A DNA stretch of 64,000 nt from Chrysomallon squamiferum (Eukaryota; Animalia; Mollusca). The stretch covers positions 6,572,001-6,636,000 of the forward strand of contig CM022672.1 in NCBI GenBank assembly GCA_012295275.1, given 5' to 3'. This document shows positions 29,029-44,300 of this stretch, piece by piece (the stretch's first letter is position 1; each line of letters begins with the position of its first letter). The position numbers were made by a program, and so were the translations under genes. A model generated the notes under the pieces. It was not told where the DNA came from. It did not search any database and was given only the letters and a program-made list of their open reading frames with translations.

Positions 29029-30652
29029 CGTCATTTCTCTCGCCATGTTCTGATAATGAAGCTGAAGATGACGTCTTCTTTTAGCCGATGTTCTTGTTTT
29101 TCAAAACTTTTTTCACTTGTTTTGCTGTGATACAAGATGGTGCTGTGATATTTTAACATTTTTTTTAGATGTAACAGTAATAATCAGAAAGAATTCCAAA
29201 TAAAGGATAATGATTCATATATTTATTCTTACGTATTTTAAATAAAAGATAATGATTACATAATTATAATTATACTTTAAATACAAGATAATGATTACAT
29301 AATTATACTTATGTATTTTAAATAAGATAATGATTATAGAATTATACTTATGTATTGTATTTCATACCCAAGTTTAGAATTTACATTAATCATTAAAAGT
29401 ATTTTTCAACTACAGAAGTGATTGTTTGTTGTAATGTTAAAATAATTCATTTAAAAGTATTATTTTTTATTTCATTCAAGTAAAATGGAATGTGATTCAT
29501 TTTCAACTTGACTCAAATCACATCATATTCAATTACTGATCAACATCATCGACTGTATTCACTTTTCAGCATTTCAACATCTATAAAATAATAGAATTCT
29601 ACTCATAAAATTCAACATATGCATCTTCCTACATAGTGATAATGTAATTTATAAGTCCAATGACTGAATTATGATTTTCAAAGTATTTATAATAGTGCAG
29701 AATTGAACAATCACAGACACACATTCATGTATATATGTTTTGTACGTGCATGTGTTTGTAATTTAAGTATCAAAAGAATGTTTTAACCAAGAATTATATT
29801 TCATTATTTAATATTTCTCTCACCTTATATCTTTCTCTCTCTCACAACACACAAACAAAACAAAATAAAAGAAAAAAACAAAAACAAAAACAAAACAAAA
29901 AAACCCACCACAAAACAGTAAAAGTAAATTTATTATATAAATTAAATCAGTAATTTTATTTATGTTAACAAAAATATTTATACAGTTTGAGAATCCTTTA
30001 TCCGAAATGATTCGGGCTGGCAGTGTTTCGGATTTCCGAATAAAAGGAGATAGCCCGAGATATGGGATCTAAGCCTAGACACGAATTCCATTTATATTTC
30101 ATATACAGCTATTACAAATAATCGGCAGGATTTTTTAATATAACATATTTATTAAAACAACGTTAGTGCATGCAAAACAATCCGAAAACTATCAGACATC
30201 ACTATTTCTGTTGCTCGGAAAATGTTTCAGATTTCGGAGCTTTTCGGAGCTTTTCGGATAAGAGGTCCTTGACCTGTGTAAACATATCTGCAGACTAGGT
30301 GTAAAAGCTGGATGTGGAAAATAAACAGACTTTGATTTTATATTCGGGTTCTCTGCTAATATTACAAAATCAGAAAAAAAATTCACAAATACAAAGCATT
30401 TCAAGTCCCAAGGATTTCAGATAAGGTATCCTCATCGTGTACAGGAATGAATATTTATGCTGTTAAAATTCTTTTCAAGACTGAGTAATATATAATCAGT
30501 ATTTGTTGTCTGAACCGCGATAAGTAATATATATATAAAAGAAAAAAGTGTTCACTCGCCTTTTTATTCTTTGTTAACTTTTAATTAATCGCTTTTCAGT
30601 GCAATCCCAAACACACACACGATGTATAGTAATAAACATACATATATATATA

Positions 30653-30693
<41 letters not shown>

Positions 30694-31511
30694 AAAACCT
30701 TGAGAAAACAGTTATAGTGATGACGACAGTAAAATGATGATGATGAGATGATTATGATGATGCTCATAATAATAATACGTATTCATATATGTATGTACGT
30801 ATGTACGCACGGATGTGTGTATGTATGTATCTGAAAGAATAGATATAAAGTTATAACCCAAAATATTATAAAATCATCATTATCATCATCATCATCATCA
30901 TTACTACTACTACTACTACTACAACTACTACTACTACTGCTACCACTACCACTAATACTTCTTTTACTACTTCTACTACTACTATTAGTATTACAATTAT
31001 TATTATTATTATTATTATTATTATTGTTGTTGTTGTTGTTGTTGTCATCAGTGTTGTTATCATCAGTGTTGTTGTTGGTAGTAACCGCGGCACGGGCTGA
31101 TATTTGTGTTACCTCCGTGACGTATCAAACATGTCATTATTTTCTTCTCCATAGTTTTTATCTCTCTGTCACTCACAATGCCTGGTAATCAGTAACAAAT
31201 ATTAATCATACCATTGCCTCGAGACCATTACTGTTCTATAGTAAGAGACGTGAGTGAGTCTTTGAAAAACGTATCACATATGTTTAATATATGGGTACAT
31301 ATGGAATGCCTAAGTTGTTTCAGATAACGGTTCCCTTAGTTATGAATAGTAAAAGTATCTGATTAATTTTAATTTCTCTCAGCTTATCGCCTAAGACTAT
31401 TAGTCAAATTTAAGTGACATTTGGTGTCTAGTTTATGCTATGAGGATTTTCTTGACAACTTAATTCATTTTTTTTTTTTTTTTTTTTCGTTTTCTTAAAC
31501 AAGGCATTAAA

Positions 31512-31605
31512 AGATATGGTTAGAAGATAGAATATAAAAGGAGTCAGATAATTCAGATGTGTCACTCCGTAAAACATTCGTTTCGTTGATTTGCTGTAAA
31601 TCCAG
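31512..31605 (+). promoter_or_regulatory. Gene D promoter (CArG deleted) and leader exon
   Basis: TATAAAAG at 31533; TCACT with A at 31564; donor after 31605; AAGATATGGT versus AAGATAGCCAAATATGGT in C and E. Confidence 0.7.
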
Positions 31606-31853
31606 GTAATTTCTAATTCATTCATTTAAATAATTTCCGATATTTATTTGCTTCTTTGTTTATACTATATATATATATATAGGTCAATTCAAATATTCTG
31701 TTCCATAGATAATGTCGAATATTTATTTATTTATTTATTACACTTCTGTTTATTTATTTAATATTACGCATTTATGTTTGGTTATCATATTACTAAAGAA
31801 TGAAAATTCAAGAAAATTATTTTTATTGCAGATTTTCTACGTCATCTCTCAAA

Positions 31854-32080
31854 ATGCGTTACCTGATCGTTTTGTGTTTACTTTTTACTGGTGAGTACCA
31901 AACATTTATTTTATTAACTTTCAACATACTTAAACATTCGTTTAATTGAAAATAATTACAGATTTCAGTGATGAACCAAGGAGATAATGTTTGCAAAAAT
32001 GACGATGTTAAAGAGAAACTATCTTCACAAAGCTTCATTGTTTAATTTTACTAATTAATAGCAAATGATTTTGTACCAAC

Positions 32081-32132
<52 letters not shown>

Positions 32133-32859
32133 CATAAAAAATATATATATTGAACTTTCTGTTTTGTCAATATATCTATTAACTAGTTGAATTGAGTTTT
32201 TATTCATTTTAAAATGAAGTTTATCTTTGAAACAAATTTTCATTCTTCATTTCGAATGTCTTATTATGCTGATAATCCGTATCTTAGAAATCATCAATAT
32301 AAACATATTTTTTTGAACCGGCTCATTTTGAGATAGTACTGTAAAGCAATAATTATATTTTCATATTTCAGTGTTGCTGTCTTCTACAAACGCTGCAGCA
32401 GTAAGTATATATATATATAATATTTTGTATTTATGCGAATCAATATACGTTTATATTCATTTCTTTTCTCTTTCTTTCTTTCTTTACTATATATATTAAA
32501 ATGTGTTTTATCGACATAAAGCGATTTCGGATTAATATTTTTCTAAACTGGACGCACCGACATTTGCGCGCCAGATACATTAATAAAATAATAATTTATT
32601 TAATAACACAGGCATATATACGTATGTGTGTCCTTAGAAATAATCTGTTTGGTTGCCAAAGTTACAAAATAAATGTGATACATGTTCCGCACGATTTGCC
32701 TAAATACGCTGCACATTTCTTACAACGCATGAAACACGTGGCATTCTCGACATCGCACAAGGCAAATAAATTATCACGTACACTCGTCCTAATCTGAAAA
32801 TGTTCTTGTTTAAGAAATATTTTGAAATGTCCTAGGCTGAATGATCATAGCTTATTAAC

Positions 32860-32901
<42 letters not shown>

Positions 32902-34200
32902 GTAATATAATCACATATTTCCATTTGTCTGCTTCTGTGAATTCATGTCACTGAAGCTGTGGATCAAGTCATAATGACTAATTTGATAATAAGTAAACAT
33001 GTGTTTTCAACATCTGTATTAAAACGAATTTGTTGTTGATATCACCTCTCATTTTGCTCTACGTTAGAGAGTAATGGTTTCAAACACATTATTTCTATGA
33101 TAAATTTAATTTCCATGTTTGCAGTGATTGCCACCTGTTCTGATTTCAAACTGCAAGATAAAAATAACAGAAAACAAGTAGAATAGAAATAACTCAAGGA
33201 AAAGATACAATGCAACATAAAAGCTGCAGTGTTAAAATATTTAATAAATAACAAATGTTTTTATTTCTTCTAGCCAAAATAAAGTGTAAAATGAATATTA
33301 CTTTTGATTAACTCACATTAAACAATGAAAACACACACAAACAAAATGTTGCTGTTTCCTCTGTGTTCCTTCTATTTCACCAGTGGCAAAATGTAATTTG
33401 TAAGATTATTAAATACGAAAAACCTCAATTGGCACATTTTTTTATTTTTATTTTGATATATAAAATTGATGTACTAAAACATTAAATTTAATACTAATGA
33501 TAAGTTTACTTTCCACAGAACACTAGTCTAGATACTTTCAAAACCGGTAGTGAAGTGATGTTAACAGCTGATCCCATAGCTTTTGGTTAGGCCTAGGTCT
33601 AGAATGCCAACGTTACGGACCAAGTCCGCATCGCAAGAGAGCGCAAGAGGTCTTGCGCGTTCTCTAAGAATGCTGTGCGTTTTACGGATCGTAAGAAGGC
33701 GCTGCCCAATCTTAAGCTAGCACAGATCGGCAAATCGCGTGAAACATATACATATACACAAAGTACGCCGTTCACTGCTGGAAAATATTTTTAAAAATTA
33801 CTGTATGTGTTTTACTTTATATATATATATTACAGTAAATTCTGTAAATATAAACTGCATAAATGATGACAACATTTTAGAAAATATTTAATTTTAAAAT
33901 GAAAATGAAGTAGATAGCAAAGAAAAATCATATTTTTTATTTTATATATACTGTCAGTGACAAATTTAAATAATAATAATAGTAATAATAATTGAAAAAC
34001 AATAAAACACCCTGTTTCAGATTATTACATTTATATGTATATATTTATTCCAGTCCAAGATTTCTAAAATAAATATGATAATTTTATTAGGTTATCTGTT
34101 TGAATATCGTAATAAAAATTTTATATCTATATTTTGTCTGAGAACATAATTTAAGAAAATAATTATGGTTACAAATAAAGTAGATGGTTTTGAAAAATAA

Positions 34201-34233
<33 letters not shown>

Positions 34234-34711
34234 TTCTTATTATTATTTTCTTTATTTAATATTTCAGATTAATTTTTTTTTTTTTTTTTTAAACTTAGGA
34301 TTTATTATTTTACTTGCATTTTGCATTTATTACATTTCTTTTATTTATTTATTTATCATTTTATTTATTTACAGCCAGCAAATGGCAGTCAAGTGAGTAT
34401 CTATTTTTTCTTTTCAAATTTCAATCTTCTGAGAAATAAAATTCCTTATTACTTTAAACATATACTTTTTATTATTATTATTATTGTTATCATCATCATC
34501 AACATCATCTACATTATTATTATTATTATTATTATTATTGATTAATTAATTAATTTATTATTTATTTATTTTCAATTTAAATTAAAGGGTGATTTTAATA
34601 AATTAGAAGCTTGTGAGAAATAGCATTTAACATTTCACCTTAATTTTTTTTATGAGTAGTTGTAACTTAAGATTTATAATTTTACTTGCATTTCACCTTA
34701 TTACATTTCTT

Positions 34712-34742
<31 letters not shown>

Positions 34743-35208
34743 CAGCCAGCAAATGGCAACCAAGTGAATATCTATTTTTTCTTGTCAAATTTCAATCTTC
34801 TGAGAAATAAAATTCCTTATTTCTTTAACATAAGTACGCCGTTCACTGCTGGAAAATATTTTTAAAAATTACTGTTTTTGTTTGAGTTAACTGTTTATTT
34901 ACTTACTTATTTGTTTGTTTGTTTCTTTTCAATTTACATTAAAGGGTGATGGTTCTGGAATAGAGAGTTTAATAAATTACAAACTTGTGAGAAATAACAT
35001 TTAATATTTCACATTAATTTTTTTTTTTTTTTTTAAACCGATGATTTATTATTTTACTTGCATTTTGCATTTATTACATTTCTTTTATTTATTTATTTTA
35101 TTTATTTACAGCAAGCAAATGGCAAACAAGTGAGTATCTATTTTTTCTTGTCCAATTTCAATCTTCTGAGAAATAAAATTCCTTATTTCTTTAAACATAT
35201 ACTTATTA

Positions 35209-35239
<31 letters not shown>

Positions 35240-35527
35240 TTTTCAATTTACATTAAAGGGTAATGGCCCTGGAGTACAGATTTTAATAAATTACAAACTT
35301 TTGAGATATAAAATGTAACATTTCACCTTAATTTCTTTTTGTGTTTTAACTTGCATTTTACAATTATTATATTTTTTTTACTTTATCTTTTTTTATTATT
35401 ATTATTTTTTTTCATTAAATTTACAGGGAGCTAATGCCAAACAAGTAAGTACTGAATTTTTCTTTTCAAATTTCAGTCTGCTGAGAAATAAAATTCTTTA
35501 ATTCATTAAACATATACTTTTCATTAC

Positions 35528-35558
<31 letters not shown>

Positions 35559-35661
35559 TACAAATTACTTACAATTTAACATTTCACCTTAATTTCTTTG
35601 TCTTTTTTTTTAAACTTATGATTTACTATTTTACTAACATTTTACATTTATTTCATTTCTT

Positions 35662-35692
<31 letters not shown>

Positions 35693-38198
35693 CAGGGAGG
35701 TAATGTCAATCCAGTGAGTACTGATCTTCTTCTTTTCAAAATTTCAATTTTCTGAGGAATAAAATTCCATATTTCTTTCAACATATACTTTTTAATCATT
35801 ATTAAAATTTTATTAAATACATATTATATTGTCATATCTTGATAATTAATGAACAGTCTCTCTCTATTTCTGTTTCCTATTATATGGACACAGACACACA
35901 CACACACTCTCATACATCAGTAATGTTATATTATTATTAAATAATTCATGTCTGTTAAACACATTCCCATACATATGTATCACGAAATATCATAACCATA
36001 TTTCAATGAAATTATTCCTTATCAAGTAGTAGTAGCACCAGTAGCAGAAGTACTTGTTACTGCACCATTATTATATCTTGATAACAATTATCTCAATTTG
36101 GTTATCAATAAACAAATAAGTACATATTCTATAAACATATCAGAAAATATTTAAGTTTTAAATACAGATTATAAAGGTGGCAATGACAAATAGGTTTTAT
36201 TATTATTATTAATTTATTTATTTAGTTAGTTTAGTTTAGTTTAGTTTATTTAGTTTTAAAATGTAGCGGAAAGTTTAATAATGTAACCTTTAGGTTTTTC
36301 TTTAAACATTTACTCTGCTATTTTAATAATTTAAACAATTATTTGAAGAAAAAAACAACAAATGAAGAACATCAATGTAAAACAAGTAAGCAAACTAACC
36401 AAAAAAATACATATAATAATAAAACAAATTGAAGAAATAATGTATTTTTATGGTTGATAGAGTAAAATTTTATTTTAAAAATAGATTCTAGCACAACCAT
36501 TATATCTGTTTTGTATGTTTTCATTAGTATTTTTAACCTGAAAAACCAAAAGTACAATACAAACATCGAGATTTCACATATATATAAATATTTTTTTTAA
36601 TTTGATTTCCACTCATACATTTATTTTCATAAAATAAATATTTGTTCAAGTTTTAACATATTGCTACAGTAATATTTATTTCATTTTACTTTGTTTAATC
36701 TTAAATAAAACTAAATCAAATCAAATTAAATTAAATTAAACTGAATAGAACTTAATTAAATTGAAATGAATTGAATTTAGCTGAAAATGAAACATTTTCT
36801 TATTCCCTGTTCATTTATTTGTATCTATGTTTATTTATTTATTTAGTTAGTTAGTTATTATCAATTTACATTAAAGGGTAATGGCACTGGAGTACAGTTT
36901 TTAATAAATTACAAAATTTAACATTTCATATTAATTTCTTTCTCTTTAGTTTTAACTTATGATTTATCATTTTACTTGCATTTTACATTTATTTCATTTC
37001 TTTTATTTATTTATTTATTTATTTATTTACAGGCAGGTAATGTCAATCCAGTGAGTACCGATCTTCTTAATTTCAAAATTTCAATTTTCTGAGGAATAAA
37101 ATTCCATATTTCTTTCAACATATACTTTTTATCATTATTAAAATTGTATTAAATACATATTATATTGTCATATCTTGATAATTAATGAACAGTCTCTCTC
37201 TATTTCTGTTTCCTATTATATGGACACAGACACACACACACACACCCTCATACATCAGTAATGTTATATTATTATTAAATAATTCATGTCTGTTAAACAC
37301 ATTCCCATACAGATTTATCACGAAACATCATAACCATATTTCAATGAAATTATTCCTTATCAAGTAGGAGTAGCACCAGTAGCAGAAGTAATTGTTGCTG
37401 CCACTTTATTATATTTTGATAACAATTATTATTATTATTATGTATTTATTTATTTAGTTAGTTAGTTTAGTTTAGTTTATAATGTAAATGAAAGTTTAAT
37501 AATGTAGTCTTTTGATTTTTCTTTTAAACATTTACTCTGCTCTTTTAATAATTTAAATAATTATTTGAAGAAAAAAACAACTGAAGAACATCAACGTTAA
37601 ACAAGTAAACAAACAAACAAACAAAATACATATAATAACAATAAAACAAATTGAAGAAATAATGTATTTTTTATGATTGATAGTTAGTTATTTTCAATTG
37701 ACATTTAAGGGTAATGACACTGGAGTACAGTTTTTAATAAATTACAAAATTTAACATTTCATATTAATTTCTTTCTCTTTTGTTTTAACTTATGATTCAT
37801 CATTTTACTGGCATTTTACAATCATTACATTTTTTATCTTCTAATTTATTTCTTTATTTTATTATTTCTTTCCTTTCTTCTTTCTTTGTTTCTTTGTTTC
37901 TTTTATTTTTATTCATTCATTCATTCATTACTTTTTTAATTTACAGACTACTGCCAAAGCAGTGAGTACCAACTTTTTTCTTTTAAAATTTCAATCTTCT
38001 GAGAAATAATTTGTTGTATTATATGGACACACACATACACACACAAATAAAGTTATTATTGCTATAAACTTCATGTTTGTTAAACACATTCCCATTTTTA
38101 CTTGATTATTTTAGAAAGGTGATGCTGCCTTTCCACTGGCTTCAACATTTTTTACTTTGCTGAGCTGTCTGCCTGCTCTCTACGCCAGATTTAACTGA
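31854..38198 (+). CDS. Micro-exon gene D; ~90 aa Asn/Gly/Ala-rich putative GPI-anchored peptide
   Basis: Exons 31854-31890 and 32372-32400 (MRYLIVLCLLFTVLLSSTNAAA); micro-exons 34375-34392 PANGSQ, 34746-34763 PANGNQ, 35112-35129 QANGKQ, 35427-35444 GANAKQ, 35696-35713 GGNVNP, 37033-37050 AGNVNP, 37947-37961 TTAKA; terminal 38115-38198 KGDAAFPLASTFFTLLSCLPALYARFN*. Confidence 0.85.
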
Positions 38199-40686
38199 CG
38201 TCATTTCTCTCGCCATGTTCTGATAATGAAGCTGAAGATGACGTCGTCTTTTAGCCGATGTTCTTGTTTTTCAAAACTTTTTTCACTTGTTTTGCTGTGA
38301 TACAAAATGTTGCTGTGATATTTTAACATTCTTTAGATGTGACAGTAATAATCAGAAATAATTTTAAATAAAGGATAATGATTCATATATTTATACTTAC
38401 GTATTTTAAATAAATTTATACTTATGTATTCTAAATAAAAGATAATGATTACATAATTATACTTATGTATTTTAAATAAGATAATGATTATAGAATTATA
38501 CTTATGTATTGTATTACATACCCAAGTTTAGAATTTAAATTAATCATTAAAAGTATTTTTCAACTACAGAAGTGATTGTTTCTTGTAATGTTAAAATAAT
38601 TCATTTAAAATTATTTTTTATTTCATTCAAGTAAAATGGAATGTGATTTATTTTCAACTTGACTCAAATCACATCATCGACTGATCACTATCATCGAATG
38701 TATTCACTTTTCAGCATTTCAACATCTGTAAAATAATAGAATTTTACTCATAAAGTTCAACATATGTATCTTCCTACATAGTGATATTTTAATTTATTAT
38801 TCCAGTGACTGAATTTCGATTATTAAAAAATGTATAATAGTGCAGAATTGAACAATCACAGACACACATTCATCTATATATGTTTTGACGTATATATATG
38901 TATGTTTCTTTGGTTTGTTGAGTGCATGTGTTTGTAATTTAAGTATCAAAAGAATGTTCTCACCAAGACTTATATTTCATTATGTAATATTTCTCTCTCC
39001 TTATATCTTTCTCTCTCTCACAATACACACAAAAAAATAAAAATAAAAATAAAACACCACAAAACAGTAAAAGTAAATTTATTATATAAATTAAATCAGT
39101 AATTTTATTTATGTTAACAAAAATATTTATACAGTTTGAGAATCCTTTATCCGAAATGCTTCGGGCTGGCAGTGTTTCGGATTTCCGAATAAAAGGAGAT
39201 AGCCCGAGATATAGGATCAAAGTCTAGATACGAATTCCATTTAAGTTTCATATACAGCTATTACAAATAATCGGCAGGATTTTTTTTTTTTATATATATA
39301 TATAACATATTTAATAAAACAATGTTAGTGCGTGAAAAACAATCCGAAAACTATTAACCATTACTATTTCTGTTGCTCGGAAAATGTTTCAGATTTCGGA
39401 GCTTTTCGGATAAGAGGTCCTTGACCTGTGTAAACATATCTGCAGACTAGGTGTAAAAGCTGGATGTGGAAAATAAACAGACTTTGATTTTATATTCGGG
39501 TTCTCTGCTAATATTACAAAATCAGAAAAAAATTCACAAATACAAAGCATTTCAAGTCCCAAAGATTTCTGATAAGGTATCCTCATCGTGTACAGGAATG
39601 AATATTTATGCTGTTAAAATTCTTTTCAAGACTGAGTAATATATAATCAGTATTTGTTGGCTGAACAGCGATAAGTAATACATATATAAAAGAAAAAAGT
39701 GTTCACTCGCCTTTTTATTCTATGTTAACTTTTAATTAATCCCAAACACAACACGATGTACTGGTAAACATATATATATATAAAATTTTAAAATTTTAAA
39801 AAAAAAAAATAAAAATGAAAAAAATGAAAAACCAAGAGAAAACAGTTATAGTGATGAGGACAGTAAAATGATGATGATGAGATGATTATGATGATGCTCA
39901 TAATAATAATATGTATGCATGTATGTATGTACGTATGTATGTACGAATGTATATATGTATGTACCTAAAAGCATAGATATAAAGTTATAACACAAAAACA
40001 CAAATATTATTAAAAAAAAACGTATAAAATCATCATTATCATCATCATTACTACTACTACTACTGCAACTGCTACTACTACCACCACCACCACTACTACT
40101 TGTTTTACTACTTCTACTACTACTATTAGTATTACAATTATTATTAGTATTATTGTTGTTGTTGTTGTTGTTGTTGTCATCAGTGTTGTTGTTGGTAGTA
40201 ACCGCGGCGCGTGCTGATATTTGTGTTACCTCCGTGATGTATCAAACATGTCATTATTTTCTTCTCCATAGTTTTTATCTGTTTGTCACTCACAATGCCT
40301 GGTAATCAGTAACAAATATTAATCATACGATTGCCTCGAGACCATTACTGTTCTATAGTAAGAGACGTGAGTGAGTCTTTGAAAAACGTATCACATATGT
40401 TAAATATCTGGGTACACATGGAATGCCTAAGTTGTTTCAGATAAGTTGTTCCTTTATTTATGAATAGTAAAAGTACAATAATTTTTACTGAAAAGCTAAC
40501 TTGATTATCAGTCCTTTTTATCTGATTAAATTTATTTGACTTTTTTTGCTTTTAATATTTCTCAGCTTATCGCTTAAAAAATTAAGTTCAAATTAAAGTG
40601 ACAGTTAGTGGGTAGTTTATGATATGCGGTTTTTCTTGACAATTTTTTTTTTGTTTTTTTTTGTTTTACTTAAACAAGGTAATAAA

Positions 40687-40788
40687 AGATAGCCAAATAT
40701 GGTTAGAAGATCGAATATAAAAGGAATCAGATAATTCAGATGCGTCACTCCGTAAAACATTCGTTTTGTTGATTTGCTGTAAATCCAG
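40687..40788 (+). promoter_or_regulatory. Gene E promoter (GATA, CArG, TATA, Inr) and leader exon
   Basis: CCAAATATGG at 40693-40702; TATAAAAG at 40716; TCACT with A at 40747; donor after 40788. Confidence 0.75.
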
Positions 40789-41043
40789 GTAATTTCTAAT
40801 TCATTCATTTAAATAATTTCAGATATTTATTTGCTTCTTTGTTTATGCTATATATATATATATATAATCTACATCAATTTTAAGGTAAATTCAAATATTC
40901 TGTTCCATAGATAATGTCTACTAATTTATTGATTACACTTCTGTTTATTTAATATTCAACATTTATGTTTAGTTATGAAATTATTAAAAAATGAAAATTC
41001 AAGACAAAATTTGCTTTGCAGCTTTTCTACGTCATCTTTCAAA

Positions 41044-41250
41044 ATGCATTACCTGATCGTTTTGTGTTTCCTTTTTACTTGTGAGTACCAAACATTTCAA
41101 ATGTCTTATTATGCTGATAATCCATATCTTTGAAATCATCAATATAAAACATAATTTTTGGAACCGGCTCATTTTGAAAAAGCACTGTAAAGCAATAATT
41201 ATATTTTCATATTTCAGTGTTGCTGTCTTCGACAATCGCTGTAGATGTAA

Positions 41251-41308
<58 letters not shown>

Positions 41309-44300
41309 TTATATTTATGCTAATCAATATATGTTTATATTCATTTCTTTTCTCTTTCTTTCTATCTTTACTATATATATATGTTTAAAATGTATTTTTC
41401 GACATAAGGCGATTTCGGATTAATATTTTTCTAAACTGGGCGCATCGACATTTGCGCGCCAGATACATTAATAAAATAATAATTTATTTAATAACACAGG
41501 CGTATATGCATGTATATATATATAAATGGGTCTCTTTGAAAATAATTTTGTTAGGTTGCCAAAGTTACAAAATAAATTGAAACATAAGTCACGTGGGATT
41601 TGCCTTAAGATCGCACTGCGCATGAAACGCGTGCCATTCTCGACATCGCACATGGCTAATCAATTAGCACGTGCGTCGTCTAAATATGAAAATGTTCTTG
41701 TTTAATAAATATTTCTTTCTTATCTGCCTCTGTGAATTCATGTCACTGAAGCTGTGGATCAAGTCTTAATGACTAATTTGATAATAAGTAAGCATGTATT
41801 TTCAGTAACTGTATTAAAACGAATTTGTTGTGGATGTCACCGCTCATTTTGCTCTACGTTAGAGAGTGATGGTTTCAAACACATTATTTCTATGATAAGT
41901 TTAATATCCATGTTTGCAGTGATTGCCACCTGTTCTGTTTTTAAACTGAATACTGTACGATAAAAATAATAGAAATTAAGTAGAATATAAATGACTCAAT
42001 GAAAAGATAAAATGCAACATAAATGCTGCAGTGTTAAAATATTTAATAAATAACAAATGTTTTTATTTCTTCTAGCCAAAATAAAGTGTAAAATGAATAT
42101 TACTTCTGATTAACTCACATTAAACAATGAAAACACAAAAATAAAGATTTGCCGTTTCCTCTGTGTTCCTTCTATTCATTTCCTTTAGCATGTTTCACCA
42201 GTGGCAGAATCTAATTTGTAAGTAAATTAAATACGAAAAATTTGGATTGGCAAATTTTTGTTTCAGGTCTTTATTCATGATATATAAAATACATGTATTA
42301 AAACATTAAATTTAATACTAATGACAAGTTTTGCATTCCACAGGACACTAGTCTAGATACTTTGAAAACTGGTAGTGAAGTTATGTTAACAGCTGATCCC
42401 ATAGCTTTTGGTTAGGCCTGGGTCTAGAATGCCAACGTTACATGTCAAATCCACATCGCAAGATAGCGCAGGATCTGTAAAACACACAGGAGTAGCCTTA
42501 CATGTTCTCGAGAATGGTGCGCTTTTACCGATCGTATGAAGGCAAACAATTTAAGATAGAATTTAAATCTTGGAAACATAAACATACGCCAGTAAAAATC
42601 AAAAAGGCCTGGAAAATAGATTTCATAGACCTTAATCATTTGTTTTTGTTCACATATATATTATTTGTTTTTGATCAAGGGGAAATATTAGTGAGCACAG
42701 ATTCTGTAATATTGTACACACAGTCGGACAGTCATATCCGCGTGATTTAGCATCGATGGTTCGAAAACTGTTTTCAGTAACAATTTAAATAAGTTATTAT
42801 TATTATAAAGAATTTTTGGAATAAATATGATAATTTTATAAGGTTACAATTTCAATATCTTTCTTCTGTTTTTGTTAATGTTTTTAAGAGTATTACATTT
42901 TTATGCAAATATTTATACCATTTAAATCTTGGACTTTCTAAAATGAATATGAAAATTTTATAAGGTTATATGTTTGAATATGGTAATTATATTTTCGTAT
43001 CTATATTTTGTCTGTGAACAAAATTTGCGAAAATAATTTATTATTACGCTTACAAATACAATTATTACAGTTTGGAAGGGAAAAAGTATTTTCAAAATAT
43101 TTTTGTAAAATTATTTATAGCAGTTATGTTATTTAATTATTTTCAAACATTATTTTTTTTTTTAATTTTTTTTTTAATTATTATTTACATTACAAGGTGC
43201 TACCACTCAAAGAAAACTTTAAGTACATATTGTGTATAAACATTTCAGAAAATATTTTATTATTATTAATTTATTTTCTTCTTATTTATTTGTTTACTTA
43301 TTTATTAACTTTTTTTTTTTTTTTTTTTTTCAATTTACATTAATTCTCTTCAGTTTAAATTATGATTTATAATTTTTACTTGGATTTCATATTAATTATA
43401 TTTCTTTCATCTTTTTATTTCTATTTTTATTATTATTATTTTTTAAATTTTACAGACAACTGCTGCCAAAATAGTGAGTATCGATCGTTTTCTTTTAAAA
43501 ATTTCAATCTTCTGAGAAATAAAATTATAAATTTCTTTCAACATATACTTTTTAGCATTATTAAAATTTTATTAAATAAATATTATATTGTTTTATCCTG
43601 ATAATTAACCAACTGTCTCTCTCTATCTGTGTTTCATATTAAATAGACACAGACATACACACAAATACAGTTTATGATAGGTGGTTATGAAATATAAGTA
43701 TGCTATTACAGTGGTATGTTCCCAAAACTGGCATTCTCCAGATTATGTAATCGGTGAGGTGTTCTAATCCGCTTCCAGAAATGGGAAAACTGGCGTGAGC
43801 AATTAAGGCCAATTTAGAGGCATGAAGAACAGAATGGGCGATTAACGAGATTAACTTTAATGAGCAGTGAAGACAGGAAATACTACCTATATAAATACTG
43901 TACAGTCATGATGTTTGTTATGTTTCATCATGGCTGCGAAGGGAGAAATTTTGGACGGCAGAAAACCAGGTGCGGACCTCATACTTGATGGATATAGGTA
44001 TGCACAGTGGATTAGTAATAGGAATGATACGGTACCATGGAGATGTTTGTATTCGAGGTGCCTTGCCACCGTGACTACTACACCGGATGGGACTGTGGTC
44101 TTGAGAGATAAAGACCACATCCATTCCTCGGATGAGAGCTAAGTTGCTGTCCACCTACTGACCAACACCATGTTTGAGGGCATCAAATCCAGCTTGTACC
44201 GACAGAGAGCAAAAAAGGTCCCGCAAACTGGAACATTTCTTGCATAGAGTGTGACTGATTGTCCTAGAAATTGTGTACAAAATACAGTTTAACAAAAGTA

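Larger units (their letters stand above)
17532..29966 (+). repeat. Tandem segmental duplication unit 1 (carries gene C)
   Basis: Upstream MITEs, promoter, signal exons, terminal exon and ~1 kb of 3' flank recur in units 2 and 3; junction at AACAA. Confidence 0.85.
29967..39115 (+). repeat. Tandem segmental duplication unit 2 (carries gene D)
   Basis: Near-identical MITE, promoter, terminal exon and 3' flank to units 1 and 3. Confidence 0.85.

Noticed and set aside
29026-29092. Selenocysteine readthrough of TGA stops via the 3'UTR hairpin
   Set aside because: Hairpin only ~27 nt from the stop, no apical AA or lower helix, and gene B has the motif with a TAA stop.
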